NCBI GenBank assembly: GCA_002011475.1
Contig: MTNP01000008.1
Coordinates: 4,037 to 68,036, forward strand
Length of the DNA: 64,000 nt
Direction of reading: 5' to 3'
Source of the DNA: Dehalococcoides sp. JdFR-54
Lineage (GTDB): Bacteria > Chloroflexota > Dehalococcoidia > JdFR-54
A model generated the notes under the pieces. It had not been told where the DNA came from, ran no database searches, and worked only from the letters and a program-made list of their open reading frames with translations. How positions within the stretch are numbered: position 1 is the stretch's first letter; each line of letters opens with the position of its first letter. This document shows positions 48,006 through 57,422 of this stretch, one piece after another. The translations under genes and the position numbers were made by a program.

Positions 48006-48651
48006 ATCCCGAAACCAGAGGGATCGAGGGGGCTGAGCAACTGCGCATGGTCTTGTCAGCTTCTGCGTAAACACCCCTCGACTCAACATTCGTCCATATC
48101 GTTTGGTCGGCACAACAAAAGTGCAGGTTGTCTACCGGCCCGAGAAGGGCCCAGATTGTTTACTCGGGTTCTGAGTCAACAAAAGCTTAGTGTTGGTATC
48201 TATCCTCTTGGGACTGTTGACATGGGGACCTCTCGATCTCAATCAAGCCCTTAATATCGGCTGTGCTTACGGTTTTGGTTTTACGTTACTTGGAGATACG
48301 CAGAAGAGACCAACCTAATTGCGAGGGCTGCCAGGAAACAAGCTGAGGGTACCAAGAAACTTGCCGAGGAAACTGAAGGCAAAGACTAACTCTGAGCGAT
48401 GCTTCGATTTCCGTTCATGTCAGAACCTTGACTAACGGGAGTTATGTTCCTGAGGATCCAAGTCTTAGTGGAAGCGACGTGTTACCTATTCAGGTATCGT
48501 GTAGCAACAGTGGGCCTAAGTGGACGATACAAAGAACTTTTAGCCTGGCATTCAGCCCTTGCTACCCAGCCTGTTGCTCTATACCAAGTCTGATTGTATC
48601 ATAGGCGTTGCCCAGTTACAAAGGCTACTAAACGGGTGCAAAAGGTACGAT

Positions 48652-48912
48652 TTAGGGCTGTCCAGAGTCTTTGTTAACCACAGCGCTGATGCCATACACA
48701 TCCCTGAGGTTAGCATCTGTGATAACCGATGCCGGCTCTCCAACAGCAAACACGTGCCCCTTCTTGAGGAGGGCTATCTTGTCCCAAAAGCGGCAAGCTA
48801 GATTTACATCGTGCATAGCGAAGAGCTTCAGAGCCCGGTGCCAATTGCGGGTCTCTTGGAAGAGGAAGAGTGCCTCATCCCTCGTTATTTCTCTTTCCCT
48901 GGCCTCGTTCAA
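48652..48912 (-). pseudogene. chimeric remnant including the C-terminus of an iron/cobalamin ABC ATPase
   Basis: MHDVNLACRFWDKIALLKKGHVFAVGEPASVITDANLRDVYG matches the FecE/BtuD C-terminus (H-loop). There are no Walker motifs and the preceding 32 aa are unrelated. Confidence 0.65.
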
Positions 48913-48945
48913 TAAGCTGTCTTATCCTGTCTGGCGAGCCCTTGT

Positions 48946-48975
48946 TTGACACCCTAGCCAAGGCACACTTATAAT
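48946..48975 (+). promoter_or_regulatory. consensus promoter, probably leaderless transcript
   Basis: TTGACA-18 nt-TATAAT; ATG follows 8 nt after the -10 element with no Shine-Dalgarno. Confidence 0.65.
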
Positions 48976-48983
48976 TTTCCAAT

Positions 48984-50435
48984 ATGGAAAACTGGGTAGG
49001 TCATACGGCTCAAGAGCTGACTAGAATAGCTTATGGCACAGGGTTTCTCGAGGCGAGACTGCCAGAGAGGACTAAGATATTAAAGCCTCCCCCCTCCCTG
49101 CCAGCCCTGCCAGATGTGGCCGAGGCCGTAAAGCAGGCCTTGGATTCGCCCCTAAACCACGAACCCCTATCCAAGCTGGTGGGCCCAAAGTTAAAAGTTG
49201 CCATCGCTTTCGATGACCCCTGTATGCCCATTCTACCTCCCAAGCAGCCAGATTTTAGGGAAACCACTATCAAGATCTTGCTCCGGGAATTGGAGCGCCT
49301 TGGTGTCCCCAGGCACAATATTCAGCTTATTTGTGCCAATGCCCTACATCGGAAATGGACTCAGCGGGAACTGGCTACCATCCTGGGGGAAGAGCTGGTT
49401 CTCTCCTTTGGGCCTCACCGTCTGCGTTGCCACGATGCCGAGGATAAGGACGATATCGTTTGTGTGGGCGAGACACCCCGGGGTATGCTGGTGGAGGTGA
49501 GCAAGGCGGTTACGGAATCCGACCAGCTAATCTATGTCAATGTCAATTCTCAGCACTTTAATGGCGGTTGGAAGTCCATAGCAGTGGGCCTTTCCAGCTA
49601 CAACAGCATAAGGCAGCACCATCGCCCCTTTCCCAGGGCCAGCGGCAAGTCCGTGATGGACTACAGGCGCTCCTCGTTCCAGAAGATAATCTGGGAGATG
49701 GGCGACGTGGTCGCCGCCGAGCTGGCCAAGAAGGGGAGACGCATCTTCACCATTGAATCGGTGCCCACCAATCGTATACCGGCGGAAACGGCCGCCGTGT
49801 TCGCCGGCAATATCCCGGACGTCCACGAAAAGACCATCGAGATGCTCCAAAGGCAACTGGTGATAGAGGTGAGAGGGCAGGTGGATGTAGCCATCTTCGG
49901 CCTCTCGCCCCACATGGATCCCTATTCCAAGCTATCCTTTATGAACCCCATCCTGGTGCGCAATACAGCCCTTTCTTACGCCTTTGGCCTGTATCAGGGC
50001 AAGCCTTTGATCAGAGAAGGGGGCATCGCCATTTTTATTCACCCCTGCCCGCGGGCATTCGATGATATTCGCTTCCCCTCATATATAGCGATGTACGAGG
50101 AGATACTGCCCCGAACTCAAGATCCTTTCGAGATTTGGGATGTCTACTCCGAGGACTATGCCCATCGCCCCGAGTTTATTCACCACTATCGTTACCGCTA
50201 TAGCTATCACGGGGCACACCCCCTCATTCTGTGGGGCCAGGGCGCCTATGCCTTGAGGCATCTGGGCAAAGTATTCCTGGCCGGGGCCCAGGACCCGGAT
50301 GCTGCCCGCCTGATGGGCTTCGAGCCATTCCCCACGGTGGCGGAGGCCATTGCCGAGGCAGAGAGGCTGCTGGGCAAGGACTGCTCTATAGCTTACGCCT
50401 CGATGCCTCCCGCCTTCATAATTAGCGTGGAGTAG
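48984..50435 (+). CDS. LarA/DUF2088 lactate racemase-domain protein (nickel-pincer family)
   Basis: ALDSPL, IAFDD, ANALHR, CHDA, FNGGWKS. Confidence 0.82.
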   Translation: MENWVGHTAQELTRIAYGTGFLEARLPERTKILKPPPSLPALPDVAEAVKQALDSPLNHEPLSKLVGPKLKVAIAFDDPCMPILPPKQPDFRETTIKILLRELERLGVPRHNIQLICANALHRKWTQRELATILGEELVLSFGPHRLRCHDAEDKDDIVCVGETPRGMLVEVSKAVTESDQLIYVNVNSQHFNGGWKSIAVGLSSYNSIRQHHRPFPRASGKSVMDYRRSSFQKIIWEMGDVVAAELAKKGRRIFTIESVPTNRIPAETAAVFAGNIPDVHEKTIEMLQRQLVIEVRGQVDVAIFGLSPHMDPYSKLSFMNPILVRNTALSYAFGLYQGKPLIREGGIAIFIHPCPRAFDDIRFPSYIAMYEEILPRTQDPFEIWDVYSEDYAHRPEFIHHYRYRYSYHGAHPLILWGQGAYALRHLGKVFLAGAQDPDAARLMGFEPFPTVAEAIAEAERLLGKDCSIAYASMPPAFIISVE

Positions 50436-50512
50436 GTATTAATGAGATTCTGCATCTGTAGCGAGATATTTTGAGGGTGGGAGTTGGGGGGTATTTTCAT
50501 AAGGAGGCAAGG

Positions 50513-51319
50513 GTGACACTATCCATGTTTGACCTGACAGATAGGGTAGCCATTGTTACCGGCAGCGGGAGGGGCATCGGTAAGGGGATTGCCCTGGGCT
50601 TGGCTGAGGCAGGCGCCACGGTAGTGGTAACCTCTCGCACCCCCGCTGAAATCGAGGCTACAGCCAGCGAGATCAGAGATAAGGGGGGCACGGCTCTGGC
50701 TATCGCCACGGACATGATGGACCCTGAGCAGGTATCCAATTTGGTCCAGAAGACGGTGAGCGAGTTTGGCAAGCTGGATATTATGGTCAACAATGCCGGC
50801 GGCAGCACTGGAATCAGCCCGGCACTAGAGCTGAGCCTGGAGGACTGGGAAGGGAACCTTCGCTGGAACCTGACCAGCGCCTTCTTGGGATGCCAGGCTG
50901 CAGCCAAGATAATGATACCGCAGAGAAGGGGCAGCATTATCAACATCGGCTCCATCGCTGCCATCGCCCCTCAGCCTGGCCGAGTCCACTATTGCGCCGC
51001 CAAGGCGGGTATAGACATAATGACCAAGACGCTAGCTATGGAATGGGGCCGCTATAACGTTCGGGTTAATGCCATAAGACCGGGCACCATATGGACCTCG
51101 GCACTGGAACGGAACTACCAGAGATTCCCGGAGGATTACGATTTCCGACTCCGGCTAACCCCGCTGGGGCGTCACGGGACGCCCCGGGACCTGGTAGGGG
51201 TCACCATTTTCTTGGCCTCCGACGCCTCAGCCTTTGTTACCGGGGCCTCTTTCGCAGTGGACGGGGGGCTCCCCATAGTGGCCTCCGTGCGCAAAGATGA
51301 CCCCTCATCATTCTGGTAG
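50513..51319 (+). CDS. short-chain dehydrogenase/reductase
   Basis: TGSGRGIG, NNAG, YCAAK, RVNAIRPG, VDGG. GTG start after AAGGAGG. Confidence 0.95.
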   Translation: MTLSMFDLTDRVAIVTGSGRGIGKGIALGLAEAGATVVVTSRTPAEIEATASEIRDKGGTALAIATDMMDPEQVSNLVQKTVSEFGKLDIMVNNAGGSTGISPALELSLEDWEGNLRWNLTSAFLGCQAAAKIMIPQRRGSIINIGSIAAIAPQPGRVHYCAAKAGIDIMTKTLAMEWGRYNVRVNAIRPGTIWTSALERNYQRFPEDYDFRLRLTPLGRHGTPRDLVGVTIFLASDASAFVTGASFAVDGGLPIVASVRKDDPSSFW

Positions 51320-51400
51320 CCATGAGCGAAGGGAGGAGATTCACCGGGGCTAATAGTAGCTGCGCACTCGCCACGCTGCGGACTTGAGCCGAAGGCACTC

Positions 51401-51429
51401 TTGACAAACTGGCATACCCGTGGTATCCT
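51401..51429 (+). promoter_or_regulatory. promoter of the second dctP
   Basis: TTGACA-17 nt-TATCCT with TG extension. Confidence 0.6.
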
Positions 51430-51513
51430 TTATAGACTGGAGGGGGTGATGCTATAAGGCAATGGACGGATAGGGACGAAGGCAATTAACAGCTTTTATG
51501 GAGAGGAGGGAAA

Positions 51514-52746
51514 ATGAATAAGGTGACGCAGAAGTTGTTGTTGGTTTCCTTTGTGTTGATGTTCGTGATGGGTTCAGCGCTGGTGGGTTGTGCCAGGGTG
51601 GAGACCGTGACAAAGACAGTGACGACCACCGAGGCAGCAGTCACCATAACGGAGACGGTAACAGCGCCCCCGGTAACGGTAACCGCCACGCCGCCGGCAG
51701 TCACAGTGACCAAGACGACTACGGTCACCAAGGAGGTTCCCGTCACCGCCACGCCGGTGGCAATCAAGTGGCGGATGCAATCCTGTGACCCGGTGGGGAG
51801 CTTCGATTACACTGCCAACCTGGTCCAGTTCTGCGACCTGGTCAGCGAATACACCAATGGCCAGATCGAGATCACCCCTTATCCGGCCCCGGCGCTGATG
51901 AAGGCCACCGAGATGCTGGATGCTGTAACCAAGGGCGCCCTGGATGGCCTGGCCGCCTGGATGGTCTACTTCATGGGCAAGGACAAGGGCATGGAGTTTT
52001 GGTGTGAATGGCCCTACGGTGTTAATATGAGCTATGCCGATATGCTGGTCTTCTACTATGAGCTGGGGGGCAAGGAACTCTACAACGAATTTCTTGCCCA
52101 GTTCGATGCCATCGAGATAGCTTGCCCTCCCCACCCCGGCGAGCCCATCCATAGCACCGTCCCCATCCCTCGCCTGGCCGACATGCGGGGCCTGAAGATG
52201 AGGACCTACTCCATAGCGGCGCTGGTTTATACCCGGGCTGGCATTCACGTCACCCCCATCACCCCAGCGGAGCTCTATACCTCCCTGGAAAGGGGCATCA
52301 TCGATATTATGGAGTATACCAGCCTGGCCACCAACATCGGCATGAAGCTCCATGAGCCGGCCCCCTACATGATAAAGCCGGCCCACTCCACCGCCGTCCT
52401 CGGCCATAGCATCGTCCTCAAGAAATCGCAATTCGAGGCCCTGCCTGAAGACCTCCAGAGGGCAATAATGGCGGCGGCCAAGGAGATGACCCTGCGGGTT
52501 ATTCACCAGAACAAGATGCTGGAGCTCGACCTGATGCAGCGTCTGCCTGAGCTTGGCATAGAATGGCACATGTGGCCGCAAGAGGACTATGACGAGATGG
52601 CCGGGTATAGCATGGAGATATGGGAAGGTTACCTCAAGGGCCTGCATGGCATTGAGCAGACCACCGAGTTCGGCCAGAAGATGATCGATATCAAGTTGCG
52701 TTATACTGAGCTGATTCGGGAGTACGGCGACGCGGTATGTAGGTAA
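51514..52746 (+). CDS. dctP: TRAP substrate-binding lipoprotein (DctP/TakP-like) with Thr/Val-rich linker
   Basis: Lipobox ALVGC; KWRMQS, TNGQIEI, MRGLKMR, ELYTSLERGIID. Confidence 0.9.
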   Translation: MNKVTQKLLLVSFVLMFVMGSALVGCARVETVTKTVTTTEAAVTITETVTAPPVTVTATPPAVTVTKTTTVTKEVPVTATPVAIKWRMQSCDPVGSFDYTANLVQFCDLVSEYTNGQIEITPYPAPALMKATEMLDAVTKGALDGLAAWMVYFMGKDKGMEFWCEWPYGVNMSYADMLVFYYELGGKELYNEFLAQFDAIEIACPPHPGEPIHSTVPIPRLADMRGLKMRTYSIAALVYTRAGIHVTPITPAELYTSLERGIIDIMEYTSLATNIGMKLHEPAPYMIKPAHSTAVLGHSIVLKKSQFEALPEDLQRAIMAAAKEMTLRVIHQNKMLELDLMQRLPELGIEWHMWPQEDYDEMAGYSMEIWEGYLKGLHGIEQTTEFGQKMIDIKLRYTELIREYGDAVCR

Positions 52747-52785
52747 AAGTCGATCGCCAAATCAGTAAAGGTTGCCTGAGAAATG

Positions 52786-52829
52786 AAGAGGGGTGCTCCT
52801 GTGGAGCCAGCCACAGGAGCACCCCTCTT
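52786..52829. terminator. bidirectional intrinsic terminator between convergent dctP and dctM
   Basis: 19-bp perfect stem AAGAGGGGTGCTCCTGTGG / CCACAGGAGCACCCCTCTT followed by TATTTT. Confidence 0.8.
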
Positions 52830-52867
52830 TATTTTCCCGCAACCCTCGGCCTGGTAAGATGGGTCGC

Positions 52868-54193
52868 CTATTTCATAAGAATCCCGGGCAACCAGATGGC
52901 CAGGGGGGCGAAGGCAGCCACCAGAACCAGGCCAGTGGCCTGGAGGCCTATGAAGGGCAGAGCTGCCACATAGATGTCGTCCATCTCCACCCCCCTAGGT
53001 GCCACCCCCTTGATGTAATACAGACAATAGCCAAAGGGTGGCGTCAGGTAAGACATCTGCATGTTGATCATGAATATTAGACCATAGTGTATGGGATCAA
53101 ACCCCAACACGTCCCTGGCCAGGGGGGCGAATATAGGAGCACAGATCAGAACTATAGCGGTGGGGTCAAGAATGCACCCCATGAGGAAGAGGATGAGCTG
53201 CATTATGGCCAGAACTATCCAGCGGTTGACCTCTAACCCCGTTATGAAGTCGCTTATGTACGCGTAACCGCCGATGCCATTAAAGGTGGCACCAAAGATG
53301 GTAGCCCCCATCACGATCCACATACACATGACGCCGATCCTAAGGCTGTCCCAGGCGCAATCGACAAAGGTTCGCACATTCATTCGGCGGCGGACGACGG
53401 CGGATATGAAGGCGCCGGCCACGCCGCAGGCGGCAGCCTCAGTGGGGGTAGCAATCCCGGCGAAGATGCTTCCCAGAACCAGGAGGATAACGAATATGGG
53501 CAGGATTATACCCCGGAGCATCAGAAACCTTTGCCCCCAGGACACCGCTGCCCGTTCTTCCCTGGGGAGGGGTGGGGCCAGGCTGGGATTGATGCCAGCC
53601 CTTATGGCTATGTAGGTGATATACAGGCCAGAAAGGACAAGACCGCAGGTTATGCCGCCGGCGAAGAGCTTGCCTATCGAGTCTCCGGTCATTGCCCCGT
53701 ACAGGATCATCAGCAGGCTGGGCGGGATAAGCTGCCCCAGGGTGCCACCGGCCATAATGGCACCTATAGTTAATGTCTTGCTGAATTTGCGTTTGAGCAT
53801 CTCGGGGAGGGCGATCATCCCCATAGGCACTACCTCGGCCCCGGCTATGCCCGTCATGGCACCGGCCACGGTGCAGATGGCCACAGTCCCCATGGTCAGC
53901 CCACCCCTGAGTGGCCCAAACCAGTGATGCATCACATTATAGAGGTCCTCGATAATCCCCGACTTCTGCAAGAGGCTGGCCATCAGCACAAACAAAGGAA
54001 CAGCCAGGAGCACGAAGCTTTTCATGGTGCCCCACACATTGGCAGGGATCAGAAATATGGCGTGCGGCCCCCAGAAGAAGTAGCCGAATACTATGCCCAG
54101 GAAGCCCAAGACAAAGGCAATGGGCAGGCCCGTTATGAGCAACACCAGCAGGCTGCCACACATCAATAGGAGTATATATTCTACAGACATCAC
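52868..54193 (-). CDS. dctM: TRAP transporter large permease
   Basis: AVPLF, GTLGQLIPPS, ATPTEAA, SYLTPPFG. Confidence 0.95.
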   Translation of the reverse strand: MMSVEYILLLMCGSLLVLLITGLPIAFVLGFLGIVFGYFFWGPHAIFLIPANVWGTMKSFVLLAVPLFVLMASLLQKSGIIEDLYNVMHHWFGPLRGGLTMGTVAICTVAGAMTGIAGAEVVPMGMIALPEMLKRKFSKTLTIGAIMAGGTLGQLIPPSLLMILYGAMTGDSIGKLFAGGITCGLVLSGLYITYIAIRAGINPSLAPPLPREERAAVSWGQRFLMLRGIILPIFVILLVLGSIFAGIATPTEAAACGVAGAFISAVVRRRMNVRTFVDCAWDSLRIGVMCMWIVMGATIFGATFNGIGGYAYISDFITGLEVNRWIVLAIMQLILFLMGCILDPTAIVLICAPIFAPLARDVLGFDPIHYGLIFMINMQMSYLTPPFGYCLYYIKGVAPRGVEMDDIYVAALPFIGLQATGLVLVAAFAPLAIWLPGILMK

Positions 54194-54232
54194 GTCCTCG
54201 CCTTTATTGTCTTGTGCATAGCCCCGGTAAAC

Positions 54233-54787
54233 TCATTCGGAGGCTACAGGACCAAGAGGCGCATATTCCAGACGCGACATAACCTTGCCAGTTACGGCCT
54301 GGTATATAGACCTAGTGAACTCAGCCAAGCCCTGAAGGCCCAGAAGACCAACGGCTACGGGTATCGCCGTCTTGATGGGATAAAAGGCGGGTTTCCACAC
54401 AGAATCGGGGTTAATCTCCCTGACCCGCCACGACTCGGCAGCAAAATCATAGCCCTGCCAGAACAGGATACCAATGAAAACGAAGAAGAAGACGAAGGTG
54501 ATGGAGTCGAGGATGCCCTGCGTTCTCAGGGAAAGGCGCCTGTAGACTATGTCCAGCTTCACATGACCGCCGATGAAGAGATTGTAGGCACCAGCTACCA
54601 TAAAATAGCCGCCGAAGATCATAAAACTGGTCTCGAGGACCCAAATGGTGGGGTTATGGAAGGCATACCTCAGGATCACATCGTAGCAGATCAGGCCGGC
54701 TATGACATACATAAAAAAGCTAACAGCCCGCCCCGTCCATAGGCTGATGAAGTCAATAATCTTGAGGGGGTTCTTGGGCATGCTCAT
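54233..54787 (-). CDS. dctQ: TRAP transporter small permease
   Basis: YDVILRYAFHNPTIW, GHVKLD, YPIK. Confidence 0.92.
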   Translation of the reverse strand: MSMPKNPLKIIDFISLWTGRAVSFFMYVIAGLICYDVILRYAFHNPTIWVLETSFMIFGGYFMVAGAYNLFIGGHVKLDIVYRRLSLRTQGILDSITFVFFFVFIGILFWQGYDFAAESWRVREINPDSVWKPAFYPIKTAIPVAVGLLGLQGLAEFTRSIYQAVTGKVMSRLEYAPLGPVASE

Positions 54788-55024
54788 CTATGTTCCTCCA
54801 TACTATATAGCTAGGGGCAAACATAAATGCCTTTGCCTCACTTATAAACGTGCCAACGAAGATCTCGAATTGCCACAACATGCTGGCGGGCAAAATCGTT
54901 GCCATTACTTTAGGCCATTCAACCATTCGTGTCAAGACTTATATTGTCAATGGGGGAAGCAAGGGCGCCTTGACTGTAGCTGCGCTATTCGCCTGCATTC
55001 AGGGGCGAGCTAGCTGCTATTTCT

Positions 55025-56014
55025 TCAGGATGAGGAGACGGCTGGGGGTTCTATGGTGATTTCCTGGTCGAAATCGGTGAAAACCGCCTCGAGATAGACA
55101 TCCGTGGGCTGCTCCTCAGCGTAGGAGCTTTCTATGGTTATCCGATGAATCATCCGATCCTCCTGGCCGAACCAAACCCTTATCTTCCCCAAGAACTCCC
55201 CCTCAAGTAGTGGCAGGGCAACCATGGGCCGAACACTGCCTTCAATAATGCTACACTTAATGCCCTCTATCTCCTCCATGCCCCTCCACTTTAAGTCCTC
55301 GATCTCGGACACTATCTCCAATACCCGGGTCGGATAAATAGACGAAAGCTCTTCGGCTCCCATTACACTTTTCCTCCATGTTCCGTCCGGAACCTGCTCA
55401 TATAAATCGTTGCCAATGATGACCATCTCCGAAGAGGTGAACAATGGAGGGGCGAAAAACTCCATTGTCCCCTTGAACCTGTCGGGCAGGAGGAAGTCGC
55501 CCTCAAGGACGATGTTATATGTAGTTGTGATTTCCTCCTCCAGGATGTCCCAGATGGAGAACACGATGGAGGAGGGGCCGCTCACGGTCAGACCCTGCGC
55601 AAAATGGAAGGATTTGATATTTGACATGTTCTCCTTAACCTCGTTCCAAGCTGCCTCAAGGCTAATAACTTCTATATCCCTTTGTAACCCCCCTATCTCT
55701 ATGTGGTGGGTCCCCACCTCCCTAAATATTACGTTGAAAGATCGGGTCTCCGAGGCACCTGCTGCCAAGGTAACAACTTGATTGAGGTATTCCTCACCAT
55801 CTACCTTTACGGCTAGATTATAGTCGCCCGATCTATTGCCGATGTTGGCTACCTCCACCGCAACCACGACAGTCTCCTGAACAACTGCCTGAGCCGGGGT
55901 AATCGTCAGGTTGCTTACCTCGAAGTTGGGAGAACGGCAAGCAGCGGGCATGAGCATAAGCACCAGGCTCAGTAGAGATATACCTGCTAACTTAATGCTT
56001 GCCTTATTCGCCAC
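55025..56014 (-). CDS. lipoprotein with CARDB-like Ig domain and LppX/LolA-like C-terminal domain
   Basis: Lipobox PAAC; FEVSNLTITP...VEVANIG...VKVDG...VTLAAGAS; C-terminal IKSFHF...IGNDLY...GTW...FTDFDQEITIEPP. Confidence 0.7.
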   Translation of the reverse strand: MANKASIKLAGISLLSLVLMLMPAACRSPNFEVSNLTITPAQAVVQETVVVAVEVANIGNRSGDYNLAVKVDGEEYLNQVVTLAAGASETRSFNVIFREVGTHHIEIGGLQRDIEVISLEAAWNEVKENMSNIKSFHFAQGLTVSGPSSIVFSIWDILEEEITTTYNIVLEGDFLLPDRFKGTMEFFAPPLFTSSEMVIIGNDLYEQVPDGTWRKSVMGAEELSSIYPTRVLEIVSEIEDLKWRGMEEIEGIKCSIIEGSVRPMVALPLLEGEFLGKIRVWFGQEDRMIHRITIESSYAEEQPTDVYLEAVFTDFDQEITIEPPAVSSS

Positions 56015-56157
56015 AGGACTTTCCCTGAAACCGTTTTGCCTCGCCCAGATGAAACAGGAGTGGGAATATTATACAATAAGTTCAGTCAATGCTGTAAAGG
56101 GAACTAATGCCGAGACGCCTCAGCTTGCATTGACCCCTTATGCAACGTGAAAACGGA

Positions 56158-56186
56158 TTGACACAAAAGCAAGTCTGGCATAAACT
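56158..56186 (+). promoter_or_regulatory. promoter of the dehydratase/CoA-transferase operon
   Basis: TTGACA-17 nt-TAAACT, immediately followed by TATAAT. Confidence 0.55.
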
Positions 56187-56230
56187 TATAATGCTGGCCG
56201 GACTGCGGCCAAGCTATAAACCATCAAAGA

Positions 56231-57373
56231 ATGAGGACCCTAATGGAACAGGAGCTCGGCGAACTTGTGGCGGCCAACTCGGAGACCAATAGGACAAAAT
56301 GGGCTCTAGAGTATAAGGCGCAGGGTAAAAAGGTGATAGGGGTGTTTGACCCCCATATGCCCGAGGAACTGATTCATGCCGCCGGCATGTTGCCCTGGAG
56401 GGTCACCGGCACATGGAAGGATAGCATCCCCCTGGCCTCCGTCTATCGGCTGGCCATAAGCTGCGGCTACCCCAATCACGTCTTGGAGTCGCTCTTGGCC
56501 GGCGAGCTTGACTTTCTGGATGGGGCCGTCTTCACCGCCTGGGACGACGATATGAGAACCCTATATGATAACTTCTATTTCTCGGGCAAGATCCCCTTAG
56601 TGCATATCATGTATTTGCCGCACAAGGCGACTAAACTGACCCTTAACTACTGGGCCGGAGAGGTAGAGAGACTCAGGAAGAGGCTGGAGGAGTTTGGGGG
56701 CAAAAGGATCGACCATGCCAGCCTGAGTCACTCGATGGCGGTCTTCGACGAGATGCGCTCGCTTCTAATGAAGCTTTACCAACTGCGCCGGGGGGCTAAG
56801 CCTGCTATCAGCGGTGCCGAAGCCCTGGGGATAACTATAGCTGCCAGGGTTATGCCCAAAGAGGAATTCACTCGAAGGCTGCGGGGCCTGCTTCCTTATC
56901 TGGCAGGCCGTGAAGCCCCCCTGAAAGGGGTTAAACCCCGTTTATTGGTCTCCAGCGATTTCCTGGACGATCCAAGATATCTGGGTCTCATAGAAGACAC
57001 AGGCGCCGTGGTAGCTATGGACGACTTGGATACCGGGAGCCGATATTTCTGGAATGGGATGGCCAAGCCTGGGGGTGACCTCATCCTGGCCCTAGCTAGG
57101 TATTACCTGACTCGCCCCGCCGACCCCCACACTGACAAGTGGGCTGAGGAAGTGGGGCAGGTCATCCAATGGGCGAGGGACTTCCGCGTCGATGGGGTGA
57201 TCCAATTGGCCTTGACCAATTGTTTCCCTCGGGAGACCAGGCTCACCTATTTCAGCCAGGAGTTGACCAAGGCGGGCATCCCTAACATGACCTTCAAGCG
57301 GGACTATCAACTAACCAAAGAGGGTCAACTGCGAACCAGGATAGAGGCCTTCCTGGAGACCCTGGAAGGATAA
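56231..57373 (+). CDS. 2-hydroxyacyl-CoA dehydratase / benzoyl-CoA reductase family subunit (HgdB/FldC/BcrC-like)
   Basis: GKKVIG, PEELIHAAG, DDLDTGSRY, VDGVI, GQLRTRIEAFLE. Confidence 0.88.
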   Translation: MRTLMEQELGELVAANSETNRTKWALEYKAQGKKVIGVFDPHMPEELIHAAGMLPWRVTGTWKDSIPLASVYRLAISCGYPNHVLESLLAGELDFLDGAVFTAWDDDMRTLYDNFYFSGKIPLVHIMYLPHKATKLTLNYWAGEVERLRKRLEEFGGKRIDHASLSHSMAVFDEMRSLLMKLYQLRRGAKPAISGAEALGITIAARVMPKEEFTRRLRGLLPYLAGREAPLKGVKPRLLVSSDFLDDPRYLGLIEDTGAVVAMDDLDTGSRYFWNGMAKPGGDLILALARYYLTRPADPHTDKWAEEVGQVIQWARDFRVDGVIQLALTNCFPRETRLTYFSQELTKAGIPNMTFKRDYQLTKEGQLRTRIEAFLETLEG

Positions 57374-57422
57374 TAGGGTGTCCCGATTCAATGCCATCTA
57401 AAAATAGCTGGGAGGTAGGGTC

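Noticed and set aside
51574-52647. Long antisense or alternate-frame ORFs (also 28899..29825, 30838..31659, 27303..28088, 37562..38344)
   Set aside because: Shadow ORFs over well-supported genes, expected at this GC content; no motifs or RBS.
56125-56145. TTGCAT-N9-ATGCAA palindrome upstream of the dehydratase promoter
   Set aside because: Only 6-bp arms, seen once; could be chance.
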